A DNA stretch of 64,000 nt from Vicugna vicugna (GCA_013265495.1 MU058463.1:496001-560000); one strand, 5' to 3'; shown: positions 1 to 14,443, numbered from the stretch's first letter. Made by a program: numbers and translations. The notes: a model not told the origin generated them from the letters alone.

Positions 1-540
1 ATTCAAATAGAACTTGAGGTTATGGAAGAATAAATATGTTGACTGGGAACAAATACAAAGAATCTATTTACTTACGGATAAATAAATATTACTCAATAAA
101 ACGTCTAAAATATAATGAAGTAGAATAAAACATATAATACTCAGGTGGTTGATAAGAAGAAAATATTAAGGAAATTAATTTACATTATTCCATGATTCAA
201 CCTATAATCCAGACTATTCTTGGGCTCTCTTTTAGCTTTATTCCCCTTCTCTTTAAGATATCAGCATCACTGAAGGTCTATCCTCAGAGAGTGCCCCTCA
301 CTTCTGCCTACAGCCTGTGAAATATGCTTTCAAGTTTGCCTGTCCTCCTCTGCTTCTGGAACCCACTGGGAAATGGTCTGCCTGGACGCTGCCACACTAC
401 CCCTCTGCTTCTAAAGCATTAGCACAGCAGACAGGGTAAAAACATATGCACATTTCCTTCCTGAATCATTACTTGTGGGTATCTAAATAGAAAAGTACAA
501 CATAATCAAACTTTAGATTTCTGAGATGGTTTGAACTTAC

Positions 541-706
541 CTTTAATTTCATGCTATAGGAACTTAAAACTTTTAGGCTTCCACAATGCTTTCTGTCCTC
601 TAAACTGGCTTGGCTACCCTAAATTCATGACACCAAGTATTCACCAAGTATCCCAGGCAGTTTTTTTTATTACAGAATAGGTGCATTAATCACATGTTCA
701 AGGTAC
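541..706 (-). other. Candidate non-coding (UTR/lncRNA) exon
   Basis: Minus strand: acceptor TTCTCTTCTTCAG|GTACC at 706 and consensus donor AAG|GTAAGT at 541. The 166 nt contain stops in all three frames. Confidence 0.35.
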
Positions 707-1580
707 CTGAAGAAGAGAATTTTTAAAAATCAGAACACAAGTATATTTTGGAAATAGTTTCCCATAGCATATATATCACAAATGTGGGTGAAGTTGTCTT
801 CTATGTAAAGTCAGAAATTTGGAAGATCTTCTTAGATATATATTTAATACATGTGGTAGTGCAGTCCTAAAACATTCAGTTCTTATAGCCTCAATAGGAC
901 CCAGATCATTACTGCTGAAAGAAAAACCCAGTTCAAATGCTGTAAAGAGCATTTTATCTTCCATAGTTCCTTTTAGGTTTTCAATAAAGTTAAACAGTAG
1001 GGCTACTGCTTTCTTTTCTTTCTGACATACGTAGTGAAAACATTACATAGGATACATATAACTTAAGATTTGTTCAAGAAGATCACAGTTATAAAGCATC
1101 TGAGGTAAAAATATTTCTGTTATTAACAAGGATTTGGAATTGCTCTCGGAGACATGAATTATGTTGGGAAGATGCTGTCAATTTGCTGATGAACCCATGC
1201 AACTATGGGCATCACAATCAGCCACAGTCATTTCATTTACTTTTTGTAAACACTGATTATTTGCATGTGCATGTGTGATTTTAAATGTTTATAATAGTTA
1301 AAAATATTTATAAAACATATATCTGTGTAACTACTTTTTGGACAAAGATCTTTAGTGCCAGAAATTTAGAAATCACTGTAGACACTCAAAAAGCTCATAA
1401 ATCAACCCTTCCTCTAGTCTCCTGATGAACCCTTCTGATTATTTTAAATTACCTTAACTACACATTTGGCTATTGCAAATATACCATGTTATTATTGTAC
1501 ACATTTTATTATATTATTGTACATAATCCTAATGCTTTGTCAAGTGCCTTTAAAGTATGGCTCATTAAAGTAATTTGAAT

Positions 1581-1824
1581 CAGGGCAGTGTTGAGGGTAA
1601 GGTGGGTGTGTCACTCCTCATTCTCTTCAGGCACAAAATGTACAAACAGGGAACCAAATTTCAATAATAAAGTAAGTGATATTTTAATACAATTTTTGAA
1701 AACCAAACAAATTCAATGTGAAAAGCTTCATGATTTTAAAATACCAAAATTCTAAACAAAGTTCAGTTCACACCTTTCAGCTGCATAAGTTTTCCTCACT
1801 AGCCTTACCAAAAACTTGGCCCTT
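1581..1824 (+). mobile_element. hAT MITE, MER96B-like
   Basis: Starts CAGGGC...GAGGGTAAGGTG, ends ...TTGGCCCTT. AT-rich core (AATAATAAAGTAAGTGATATTTTAATACAATTTTTGAAAA) resembles recalled MER96B. Confidence 0.6.
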
Positions 1825-2459
1825 GGTGGGGTACATTTTTCCTCAAAATTGATACTGAGATTGCCCATGTGTCTTGCTTTGATAAGTGGAATTGGAGCAT
1901 ATGTCAAGCAGAGAGAGTTCAAATGTGAATATGTAATTTGGCTTGACGTCTATTTTCTATGGTCCTGAATAAGAAGGACAAACCTGGAGAGCAGCATGTC
2001 CTAGTATAAAAATACAGGAAGAATAGATAAAAAACGACCCACAGATTGGGATTAAGATAAGTCAAACTGGGCCAAGATCAATTGACCCCCCTTTAGAAGA
2101 ATGTGTTTCCTCCTTCAATCCTTGAACAAGAAATACACATATATAAATCTGTTGCAGAGGCATATAAAAGTTGTAGTTTACTGAACAGTCTTATTGTTAT
2201 AATAGTGAAATATATAAAAATGTATTTATGAATTAAAGGAGATTTACATAATGAGAAGATAGTTTGCAAATGGGGTAGAAATAATACATTGATAACAAAA
2301 CAACCATATAAACAAAAAGAGAAAACCAATAGAAGAACAAGTCATCATAAGGTATTGCAATTCCCAGCTGTCAACAGCATTTAAATAAACACAAAATGTC
2401 AAACCCGTTTAAAAAACTCTTTAACAAAATTGATTGAATATGTAAAGAAATACATGACC

Positions 2460-2680
2460 ACAAGTGTGTAGTGCCATGATTTACCAAAAAGCATATTCAT
2501 ATACCCAACTACAAGGTCAAGACAGTAACATGACCAGAAGTTCAAGAAGAGCTGTGTTATTTTATAATACTGTAATTCAAGTATATTATTGCATAATTAA
2601 GGAAATAATAAGGCAATTCTGCAATACACATTATGGGTGTCCAGGATATTTAATGATAACAGAATATTAGGAAAACTAAA
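2460..2680 (+). mobile_element. Possible CR1/L3 ORF2 C-terminal remnant
   Basis: Translation TRSSRRAVLFYNTVIQVYYCI...QFCNTHY loosely resembles the CR1 motif [30 protein letters not shown]. Confidence 0.25.
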
Positions 2681-3199
2681 TAAATTATAGTTACTAGAAT
2701 ATTGATTGAACAATTCTGGCTACATATGGAAGAAAACTGTCAAATGTTTGTTATGAATAACAATATCACAAATATTTAGGAGAAAAGAGATGGCAGCTGA
2801 TATACTGTGTGACTTAATTTTGATAAGGTGCATGCATCAAAAGTTTTGATAGCAAAATATAAGGAGGATATATGTCATATATTTAATAATCTTTTTCAAA
2901 AGGTGAGTGATTTTTCATTGCTTTAAAAAAGATATTTTAAAAATCCTTAAAATACTGTCTAATTTTTGTATTATATTTCTTTTTATCTCATACGAGTTTC
3001 TTGTGGGCTAAAGAGTCACTCTTTTTATCTCTACAATTCCTAGCATAAATAAGGATACTGGGTGAGAGGTGGTGTACTTTAGATAAACAAATTCAGTGAA
3101 TTATCACTGATTTGAAAATTAGTGGATGAACTTAAGATTTCAACATAAACACCTTTGAAACCAGGCATCCACTATATGCCTAATAAATATTTGTTCAGT

Positions 3200-3370
3200 G
3201 AAAGATTTTGAGCAGATTACTTAATATCAAGGGACCTCAAGCTTACAACTGCAAAAAAAGGAAATAATAATAACTGCCTTGTAAAGTTATAGTAAGGATT
3301 AAAGATAATCTATATAAACTTTCTGAAGTATTACGTATATTGAGTTAGTAGAAGTTCAATGAATATTGAT
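3200..3370 (+). mobile_element. MIR SINE fragment
   Basis: GAGCAGATTACTTAAT...CTGCAAAA...GAAATAATAATAACTGCCTTG...GTAAGGATTAAAGATAAT matches the MIR core pattern. Confidence 0.65.
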
Positions 3371-6300
3371 TTAAATTCAACAGCAATTATATCTTTTCTC
3401 TTTCAACATAAATTACACACTTAGCCAAATGAAAATACAAATTAGAATTCTCTTATTTCTCAGTTTCTCAGTACTAGATATTCTAAAAAAGACAATATCA
3501 GCATATATTTACTTTAAATTATAGCTGATTTAGTACATATGCATTTATGTATTGAAGATGCGTCTCAGTTATATTTACATATGTACGTTTGTATATGTGT
3601 GTGTGTGTGTATGTATACATACATATATAAGGGTGTGCCTTGGTTAAGAGCTGAGCAGCTTTATCCACTGCAAGATGAGAAGAGAAAGCAGATCTATAAA
3701 GATGCTGAGGTGATGGTTACTCCATAGAAGTCAATTTGAATTCCAGGTGATTTTCATATAAAATCTTACTTTTAACTGAAAATCAACTAGAAAAAAATCT
3801 TAGCAAAGGAATTAACAGAGAAAAATTGACAAACTGAATTAATCATTTTCATTGTGCGACACCATGAAAAGTGCCAAGTTCAAATGTAAAGCTAAATCTA
3901 AGGCATATTTAAGAACTGATGGTTTGGATATGGTCAAAACTATTCTACAGCACAGAGAAAAGGAGAGCTTTAAAATCATTTTTTCTTCCAAACTAGTATA
4001 CAAATAACAGAGACATCTAACAAAGATGAGAATTATGAAACATTTGTATACATATAAATATATTTAATTGAATAAATAATTTAAAAACCAGTTAACAAAG
4101 TGAAGACAATACTTATTTGACTTAATCACACATACATAATATTATATAAATATAGTTATATAAATATAATGATTTTTGATACAAATCAACATTTCCCACA
4201 AAATAGCATCTAATAAAACTTAGTATCATTCCTGAGTAAAGGAGAAGTTAAATCTAGAGTTGCTATCATGTAACAATAAAATAGGTGCCAGCACAATACA
4301 TGGTGTTGTTTTTATAAGTCATAGCTCTATTTCATGCTATTATTCCTTTAACAGATATTTACTCTTACCACAATATACTGAAAAGTGAATTAGATACTAA
4401 ATATATTTTTTTCTAAAACAGCATTCTTAAATTTTCTAGGAATTCCCCATTAACTTAATTAGTTTTTATCTCTCTTACCTATCTGACATACTTTTTTCTT
4501 TTCTTGCTGATTGAATTAACCCTTACCACTCCCTCTATAGGAATTCATTAGGCTCCTCCATGAATAGCCATCTTCTTTCTAACAACTATAAAATAATAAT
4601 AATGATGATAATAATAATATCATGTTTTAAACTCTCAACTCCTAAATCCACATGAATCACCTAGTTTTTAACTCACATTATGTGAATTTGTCCCCAACTG
4701 CTTATATAACAGCTCCACACAGACATATCATTATTATTTCAGATTCATCCCACCCAAAGGTGAGTAGTATGTCTTAATTTTGATCCTTAATTGTATTGGA
4801 ATTCTGACCCTTACTCTTGTTGGACTGTAGCATCAAGATTCTTTAAAAAGCTTGCAGTGGTAATTATTTTTAAGGGTTGACAGTATCTGTTTAAAGTTAG
4901 AATAACTTTAGCACTTTATTGGGTAGATTTTAATGTTATAAGGCTTTTAATAACAAAATATGTTTTATTTTCAATAATATATTCTAACAGTCTGCCAAAG
5001 TGATAGGGAACATTTATGGTTAGTATATCTAACAACATGAAACTAACAATTATTAACTACTTGACTAGCACACTAGGTTTAGATGGCTCTAAAGTAATCA
5101 TGCTTGACATACATAATTCTGCTGCTTAAAAACAGCCACTAAGATTTAAAGAGGCACATTTTACAACAGATTATAGAATATGGCCATATCATTTTTTCTA
5201 ATATTATGATACAAAGATGAAATGATTAAAATACTCAAATATGTTTAGCTAAATAAAACATGTATGTGTTGTCAAAGTTATTTAAAGTCACTATGATAAA
5301 AAATTTATATTATAATTCTCAAAACAGAAGTTTAACAAAAGAATCATAGTCCTAATATGGCAAAGCTCTCTAGAGAATTTTTTTTCTCTTGTTGACCATC
5401 AGTTTGTGATAAATCTTGAAGATCCTCCTGATAAATCTCCACTATCTTTGCCACAAATAATACATTTCTATATATTTCCTCTTACACTATTAGAGCATCC
5501 ATTTATATTGAGAAAACAAAAGACACAGATGGCTGGGATGATTCTTCACAAGCTGGAAATTCTCTCTTCCCCTTAACTATACCCCGTACATTAACTTTCC
5601 TTACTACTAACAATTCAGTATTAACATAATCACATATCAACTTCCTGTGGATTCAAGTGTCTTATAAAAAATTCATAGAACTCTGATTGAACATTTGAAT
5701 AATGTAAAGAGCACAGAATTATGTTATTTTGAACTGCAGAGCAATTATTGATAATCCATCTCACTTTTATGACTAGGAAAAAAGGGTAAAGGAAAATATC
5801 TGAGATAAAAAATGTACAGCATCTTAGGAAGAACATTCCTTCTCATTCTTAAAACTAACCAAGGCTCTGCAGCCATCTTTTGTTCCACCTTTCTGAAAGG
5901 ATTTTTTTTCTCATTTTCTCTCCTTTTTTGGAGTATTATTTTCTTTCATTATGAATAATAAATAGATGCTGAGTTCAGTAAATCACATATTATAATCCTT
6001 CAAAGTAATAAATGTTTTTGTTCATTTTTGTATCTCATTTACACAAATCTCTCTTACCCCACAGATACCTAGTTTACACAAACTGATGAAAATTTTTATA
6101 ATGTCAGAAAGTATTTTAAATTCGAAGTTGACTTATGGGTTATTTTCATCCCAAATTTAACAGAGAAAATCCAATTGAATCCAGAGAGTTTAACTGATGT
6201 GGTAATATTGCTGAAGATGGAGACTTTTAATATGAAAGAGAAAATATAAAAAGCTGGAATTAGAGATATAGTCAGGATGTAGACTCTGAGACTGTTTCTT

Positions 6301-8061
6301 GTCTTGGAGACCTAATAAAGTAGGTTAAATTGCTTTGTTGATATTCATAGTCTTTAGTCCATGGGTACTGAAAGTAACAAAGTTAAAAGCAAAGCCTCTT
6401 CTAAGGAAGGGCAAGTTTTATAATGCTGGAAGCACTATTTCTTTTCGACACTTAAAAACTATATAGTAAACTAGTTTAGCATGCTGTTAGTGACAACAGA
6501 AAATGGGAAATGTCACTAATTTTTTCTACACCAAGTATTGTTCAAGAAGACGATCAGTTTTTTGAGGGCTAATGTATCTTATATTTTGTTTAATGCCAAT
6601 TAAATTACATAACAATACATTCTAGCTCACCATAGTTTCAATTATTTTACAGTAATGAAAATATCACTTTAAACCTAAACATTTTTAAAATTTTAATATG
6701 AGGTTTATAAAGTTTTAACTGTGACTATTTGGTATGAAATACAAAAAGTGCTTTCAAACGTGTGTTTTAGCCTGGTGGATTCCTGAAATCACTTCACAGA
6801 TGTGATTTCAATCTTTGAAATTTTTATTGCATAGGTATTTGCATTCCATTGACAATTGTGTCTACCTGACTGAAATTAGAGCTAAGTGGCCCATGTCATC
6901 TACTGTAAATACAAGTAAAACAGAGTGAGATTTAGTTTCATTTTAGTTTATAAAATCTAATCAGCACTACCAAGTATATACTTAGCAGATAATCTAAGAA
7001 TTTTTCTGCCTAAATATTTAAGTGATAAGTCTAAACAAGCAATTACACATGCCTACCCCTAACCAAGTGAATAGTGAATGATTGTGAAAGATATTTATTT
7101 GATATAAACTTGGAATTTAATTATTGTTTACTTTGTAATGTTATTCTGACTACCTTAATCCTTTTGTAGTAGGTTTTCCAAATTCTAAGATTTAAATATA
7201 TGTTTCAAAAACAAACAAAAACTCCAAAAAGATTACAAGCAAACCAGATGAAGCCAGACTGTTGGCAGTATAAAATAATAGTGCAATCTAAATTAGCTAA
7301 GAAGTGTAATGAAATATTTTAAGACAGCTTGGATTCATTTACAGATGAATATTTTAGGAAATTCTGAATGTAATTAACCCACAATAAAGCAAAATCTTTC
7401 AACTGTCATGTAAGTGTAGAACAGAGTCTAAAACAGAAATTCAAAGAAAGGCATAAGACCTGAGAGATATTTTACTAAAAATGAGGAACGTTGCAGTGAA
7501 AGACCTAATGATATTGACTTCTGTGGTTCTGCCAAGAGAATGACTTGTTCTCTACTCACATGACTATATCAGGTCATCAGTTGGTAAGCCCTGCTTTTGC
7601 ACAGAAATGCCTATCAGATTTTAGGTGACTCACTGTTAAATATAAGCAGTCAAAGATCATAAAATATTTGGCAAAAGTTTTCAGTGTAAAAATATAGATT
7701 AAAATAGTATAAGGGAACATGAAATATGGAGGGAAATTCAGGAAAAATGAGTTTGAAAAATAATCTCATTTACTAGAAGCAAAAAAAAAAAAAGGTCACA
7801 TTAACAATATAACTTATACAAGAAGAGTCCACAAAATAGATCAGTGTGTCTGAAAACATCATTTGGAAATTCTTTTATCATAATTGTTTTCCAATCTTGA
7901 TAGCATAGATATCATTATTTTAGTATTTATGCTATCAGAGTGATGGTGGCTTTCGTTTGCTAATTGGTTTGTTTTTATAATCAGAGTGTTAAAATACAAG
8001 GCTAACTAGGTCTCCCTGAAAGTAGAACTAAAAGATAAATAAACAGTGAAATGAGAATATA

Positions 8062-8378
8062 TAGTTGACACTTGACAACGCACCAGTCTAACCCCGGTGC
8101 AGTCGAATATCTTGAGTACTGCTAACTCTGCCTCAAAAATGTTAAGTGACTCACTGAAATGCAGGAAGCTGAAACAGCCTGGAAAGAATCAAGACTGAAA
8201 CCCTAGTTCTTTTGATTTCACAATTATTGTGATCTCTAATTGAACACAAAATTTTCCCCACACTTAATCTTAAGATTAAAATGAAAACATGAAAATATAG
8301 GCATTTTTATTGAAAAAAAAACTCTGTGTACAACTGTACCTTCACAGTTCAAAACTGTACTGTTCAAAAGTCAATTGT
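8062..8378. mobile_element. Tigger2/MER8-like MITE (both termini present)
   Basis: Left end TAGTTGACACTTGACAACGC...GCAGTCGAATATC; right end CAGTTCAAAACTGTACTGTTCAAAAGTCAATTG followed by TA. These resemble the Tigger2 TIR CAGTTGACCCTTGAACAAC. Confidence 0.55.
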
Positions 8379-9675
8379 ACATATAAAGAAGGAGGTCAGG
8401 GTATGTCTAATAGCCAATTATTTAATGAGCAAAAGGGAGTTGGAAAAAAATTCAAGAAACTAAACTAAATTTTCAAACAAAGAGAAATAAAACTCTAGAT
8501 TTCAAAGGCCAGTTAAATTCCAAAGTCAACGACTGTAAAAAAATATCCTTTATAGTATACAACATTACAACACTTTAGCAGGCATATAAAGAAGATAAGT
8601 TCCTTAATAAGTGATGAGAAATCAAGAGGGAAAGAGAAAGAACAAGTACCATAAAATGCAGAGATGAAAAAAAAATCACATTTCTCAACAGTCACATATG
8701 AAGTTAGAAGTCAATGAAATAAGACGCTCACATTATTCCTAGCATTACTTCCTATTTAACAGTGAAGAAAGAGATGACACAATTTCATACACCCAAAGTC
8801 TCATTATACTTATCCCTCTCATGAAATGTTTTAAAGTGTATTGCTAAGGAATGTATTCCAACACACTATCCACAAAAGAATATGTGACACTTTAGAAACT
8901 GGCTACGGTAAAGGGAATGGAGTAACATGAAGTCTCAGGATCAAGGCAATAGAAACCATTGTTAAGACTGTGCGGCTCCAGGAAACCATATGTAGATGAG
9001 GTTAGAGATACGAAAGTCTAAAAGAGTGATACTACCAAGTAAAAAGGGATAGAATAATGCATGACTTTGAAATGTTTTAGAGAAAGTTGAATGATATTGA
9101 AACCTATGGGTATAAATAAATGATCACAAAAAAATTAGCTGCATCATTGAATAAAATTTAAAATTCAATTATAATTTATTGAGCTATTATAGTCAATAAC
9201 AAATAGCTTTTAAATCATCAAAATTGTCTTATCCTTGACTATTAAACCAAATATGTGGCTACAACTAACAGGAGAATGGGAAGAGTATAAGTAGATATGT
9301 TTAGGTGTGAGGGTGAAAGAGCACAATCTTCACCTTCCATATTAGAATTTCAAATGATAACAAAAATAATCAATAAGTTAATATAATCTCAATAAAATCA
9401 AATGCTACTTTAACAATATCAAAAGGAATAGCAAGAGGATTTGAGAGTGATAGCCTCTGGTGTGTTTGAATTGGAAATGGAGACTACTATAGTAAAGAAC
9501 TGTTGATTTATTATTATTATGAAGTCTAAACGTAGAATTTAATATTTTATGTTATGTTAATATATTATTTTACTAGAAATATAAAAATACGCATTTAAAT
9601 TATAAACACATAGCATTGAAAAACTATTATAATCTAAACACTTAATGAATAAGTTTAATAGATTAAACAGATTTG

Positions 9676-9677
<2 letters not shown>

Positions 9678-9708
<31 letters not shown>
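9678..9708. repeat. (TG)15 microsatellite
   Basis: Read directly from the sequence. Confidence 0.97.
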
Positions 9709-9712
<4 letters not shown>

Positions 9713-12700
9713 CCAGTATAGCATCATCCCCCTTCTTCTCCTGAAGTCTGATCTAGTAGAGGAGTAAGACCAAAGAGTTATCAGGTAGAGCCTGCAGTAT
9801 CACATTACTCAACTGTGGCTTGTATTTGAATGCCAGTGGGGTGCCAGGACCTAAATATCAGCACCTAGTAGGCAAATCCACTCAAATATAACCAGTGAAA
9901 CACAACTTGAAAACCACTGTTCCTCAAGGAGATCTACTGTTGTGAAACACAGGCCATGGCAAAGAGAAACTAAGTATCTGCTGCAAGAGATTGTTGCCAA
10001 GGAGGGGGAAATAAGAAAGAATAACCAATCTTGCCTAGTTTATTCTTCCCCAATTTTTCAATAAATAAAGGCACTATGTATTTTCTAGAAAGAAAAATTG
10101 GAGGAGGTAGATAAATGCCAAGAGTATTAAATGTCTGGGGCATCTTCCACATGAAAACAGATACCAGGAGTATGATTATATGCCCCAAAAAGGAAATCTG
10201 AACTTTATGGTTCTCTACTTCCCCTATCTTCTGTTGCTCCTTGATGTATTGTCTTGGGATCCCTGATTTGCAGTGTGAATTTTTACATCTGAGACCAAAA
10301 AAAAAAAAAAAGTCACAAATTAGATAATTTCATTAAGATTACTTGGCTCTGAAGACTGACAATTCATTCACTACTCAACCAAAACATGTTCAACTGCATA
10401 ATCCACTTGTACCAGAAGGCATATGATGACATCAAGTGGTATAAAGTTAGTTCAGTAATGAAAGTTGAATACAAAGAAGTCCCGAGTATCAGCATAAATC
10501 CTTCCAAACTATCAAAGAGATTTGTAAGTGTATTTATTCAGGAAGAAATTAAAGCTTAACTTGAAATTTTGTTAAAGGTTCAAACCCAAAAAGTCAATTT
10601 CCAAAGGAAGTAAATTTTGCAATCACTCTCTCTTTTTTTAGTGAGGGCTATAAATTTAAACTTAATTATCTATCTGTCTTTGTATGCTCCTCTGTGGAGA
10701 TTTTCTTACGGAATTTAGATCCTTTCAGTAAATGTAGCTTGATGTTTCTTTTACAAAAATAGTTTAGTTTTTTCACAAATTCAAATGTTTTTATCTTCCA
10801 CATGCCCAATTTTTAGAGAACAAAAATTAACAGGACATACAAATGACCATATTCCACGTTACTGGTCTCATGCACAGTATATTTTGAAGTCAAACCATTC
10901 CCCGGGTCCTTAACAATATTTCCAATTAATTTTTTTTTGTCTTGCAAGTCATTCAATTTAGACTATTCTAATCCAAAGGTATTTGACAAATATTAATACA
11001 GAGATGTAATGTTATCTGTGTGATAATACATATAGACAAAAATCCTATTTTAAATTTCAAAAACTTTATGCTAATTGTTGAGAGTTTAAAACTTGTGAAT
11101 TTAAATTTTACTAAGTGAACACATTTTTCAAGGTTTCAAATTCAAGCTAATTTGAGATGGCTTTCTTTGATTACACATATATTTAATTTCTATTTTTGTA
11201 TTTCTCAAACTTAAATGTTGAACTGTTTCTGGAATATACCTTATAGCATAGTCTCTGTATTTTCTTGGGAGTAGATACATTTTATCCTTTTCACAGTGTT
11301 TATTCACAGTATTCTTTCTATAAAGGTGCTTAAGAAATCATCTTCATGCAGTCATTTGAGCTCATGGAGAACACAGGTGAGCATGATGGATAACTTTTCT
11401 GGATGCATATATTAGACTCAGCAACCTTAAGGCAGCTTGCACATTTTGAAGGCTACATGTTCATTGAAAGTAGCATTAAGAGCATCCGCTCTCTAAGTAT
11501 TGTTGATGTTTTGCAAAGATATTAAATAATATGAAAGATTATGTTTACTAAAAACAGAAACATATTACCTTCTAATACAATCATGTCTGCATGGTCACTT
11601 TCTCAAAACTAATACGGTATGGATGTGGAATAAAAATTCAAACTATAAAATATCCTGATTTCTCTAATCTTCTATGTCTGGGACCATTCATTTTAGGAAA
11701 CAAACACACTGTACTTTTTGTCATTTTACAAATATGGTAAGCCCTTCCATGCCTCTACATTTCTTTTTCTAAATGAGAAGAATATTGCTAAATTTTATAA
11801 GATATTATACATTCTTAAAGATCTAGTTAAAACTTTACTAACTTTTTAAAAATCTTTTTTTCCAATCTACAAATTCAAAAAACCCTTGATTATCAATCTC
11901 TCATTGAATTAAAATATTTACATGTTTCTAATTTTGGTACTAAACAGTTTTTTTCTCAGTAGTTTTCATTTTAACAGCATTAGATAGTTCAAAGGATTCA
12001 TGAATGAATCCATATAAAATATAACTCATTTTTAATACATTAGCATCTCCAGTGGTTGAGACGTACTGTGAAATCAATAAATATTTGGCAAAAGGATAAA
12101 TTTATGAATAATAATATGTTATTTGCCTTATGAATTTTGCTGGCTGGGTAATCTTCAAGAAGATCAAAAATAAAACAAGTTATTTTAGGAAAATATTTCC
12201 ATTAAAAGAAACAAAAATAAAATAATGCAGATAACCTTTCTTTGATTGCTAATCCTCTGACTGAAGCAGTACTTTACAATTTTTTTTATCAGAGCACATT
12301 TGCAGACTCAATATTTCTAGGTATGTTGTATTCTAAGTATAATTGCTTTCCCTTGATTTTATTTTTAATCTCACCATTAAAGATGCTTCCTGAGTATCTA
12401 TAGTTCAGTAAACAGCAGTTCATTTTGTTGTTCCAGAGTTTAAAACTTCAATTAACTCACTTATACACTGAATTCATTTTGAAAAATAATTTCAAGAATT
12501 GATTATTCACATTTTAAATATGTGTATCACTAATATAAAACTTCAAATAACTGCTCTTACTAGTAAATTTATTTTTTTTGCTTGTTTTGCCAGAATAGAG
12601 CTTTACTAAGAGAGTTTTCTCTTTACATTTAAAGCACTTATCTTTATGGCTTTCATTATCTTTTAAAAGATGCAGAAGTGAATTACATAGAGAGCACTGT

Positions 12701-12879
12701 ATTACTAGTGTTGGTTCCTAAAAAAATAATTAAGTGCATTTTTTTCAAGATTTAAATTGCCAAATTATTGTGGGCAACTTAAAGTAGAGAATAGTTGCAG
12801 ATTAATTTATGTTCTAAAGTTGCCAAGTCCTGCCAGAGGAAGGAACTACGTGTTTCTCCTTGAACAGAAAGTAGAGGTC

Positions 12880-13570
12880 ATCATTCATTCACTCAATAAA
12901 TATTTTTGAGTGCCTAATATGTGCCAGGTCTTCTTCTCTGCACTGGCAAAAGAGCAGGTAATAAAACACAGTATACTCTCTGTTCATGTTTCACGGAGTT
13001 TGTGTTTTAGAGAGAAAGTGAGGAGGTCAATAAACACAGGCGAGTGTGTGCACACACACACAAGCACATACACATGCAATGCTACTGTCTTATATGGTAT
13101 TGAAAACTTTGAAGAAAAATAAAGCTAGAAAGTAAGAATTTTGACATTTACTCTAAGAGAGTTGGGAAGTTACATTATTAGTCTTACTTTTAACACAAGG
13201 ACTTTGGTTATTTTTTTGAAAAGAGACTCTAGGGGCACAAAAGCTGTAGCTGGGAGATGAGTTAGGTTACTACTGATCTAATCCAGATAACAGACTATGT
13301 ACAGTGATTCACACAAGGTGGTAATTGTGGAGGTGGCAAGGAATCATCACATTCTACTTATATTCTGAATGTAAAACTACTGGAATTTTCAGAAAAAAAA
13401 GAAAAAAAGAGAAATGACACTCTAACAATTTGATTTGAGGAATGGAAAAAAATGGAGTTGCTATTAACTAAGATGGCAAAAACTACAGAATGAATGATTC
13501 TCTAGAGGGAGAGCAAGATGTGATTTTACACATGTTAAGTTTGAAATATTAGATATCCGTGGAGTGGCTA
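12880..13570 (-). mobile_element. L2 LINE 3' part
   Basis: TCATTCATTCACTCAATAAATATTTTTGAGTGCCTAATATGTGCCAGG is the antisense L2 3' terminus; purine-rich L2-like sequence follows. Confidence 0.75.
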
Positions 13571-13574
13571 ATTA

Positions 13575-14443
13575 AATGCAAAGTCATACTAATGTCAGAC
13601 AAAATATGTTAGCTAAGAAGCACTGCTATGGAAGATGATAAATTAAATATAAAAGTAAAAAAGTTAGTTCACTAAGAAAACTGTATTTTAATTTGTTCAT
13701 ACCTAATTACACAACTTAGCATTAACAGTAAACAGAATACATTAAAAGTAAATATTTCCAGAAATAAAAGTAGATATAGAGAATTAGGGGGATCAACAAT
13801 CATTGTGGGACTTTACCACACCTCTATCATTGTCTTATAGTTCAAGAAAAGTATAGCACGCCATGTAAAGTCCAAACAATATAGTACTCAACAACTGCAA
13901 AATGAAACTCTTTTGAAGTGCACATGAAACTCATTAAATGTGTAATACAGACTAAATAAAATTCCAAAAATTGAAATAATGTGTAAGACATTCTCTCACA
14001 GCAGTAAAGTTAAGCTGAAAAATAAGAAAAACCTCAGTTTTGAAAAAATCACTTTTAATAATTCATGGCTCTATAAAAATGCAATAAATATTATAAACAG
14101 CTGAAAACTAATTATTTTAGAATCCATATCAAGAAATTAGAACAGCATATTAAGTTCAAATATATCAAGAATAAAAGAGTAGAAAATAATAAAAATAAGT
14201 GTTTACCAATATTAGGCATTAAAACAATGTTTCTGCAGTATTATTTAGGCTATCGCCTAAAATGGGAATAAAGCAAATGGCCTTCAGCTGTAAATTAGCA
14301 AATAAATTGTTATATATTTATATAGTGAAATAATATGCTCCTATGGGAATGAAAAAATGACAACTCAAGGGAACAACACGGATGAATCTAGCAAAATAAT
14401 ATTTAATAAAAGAACCTAGATTTCTCAATTTATGGTTTTTATA

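Noticed and set aside
698..1231. Minus-strand frame of 178 codons with only three internal stops (MTVADCDAH...MEDKMLFTAFELG...)
   Set aside because: Considered as a pseudogene or endogenous viral element, but I found no recognisable motif, and a few such stop-poor stretches are expected by chance across six frames of 64 kb. A BLASTx hit would reopen it.
6784..6810. 9-bp stem hairpin TGAAATCAC...GTGATTTCA (similar short ones near 3093 and 8219)
   Set aside because: Too short for a pre-miRNA and expected by chance in AT-rich sequence.
10850..10972. Minus-strand open segment SKLNDLQDKKKLIGNIVKDPGNGLTSKYTVHETSNVEYGH ending at a GTATGT donor
   Set aside because: Acceptor lacks a polypyrimidine tract and the peptide is not recognisable.
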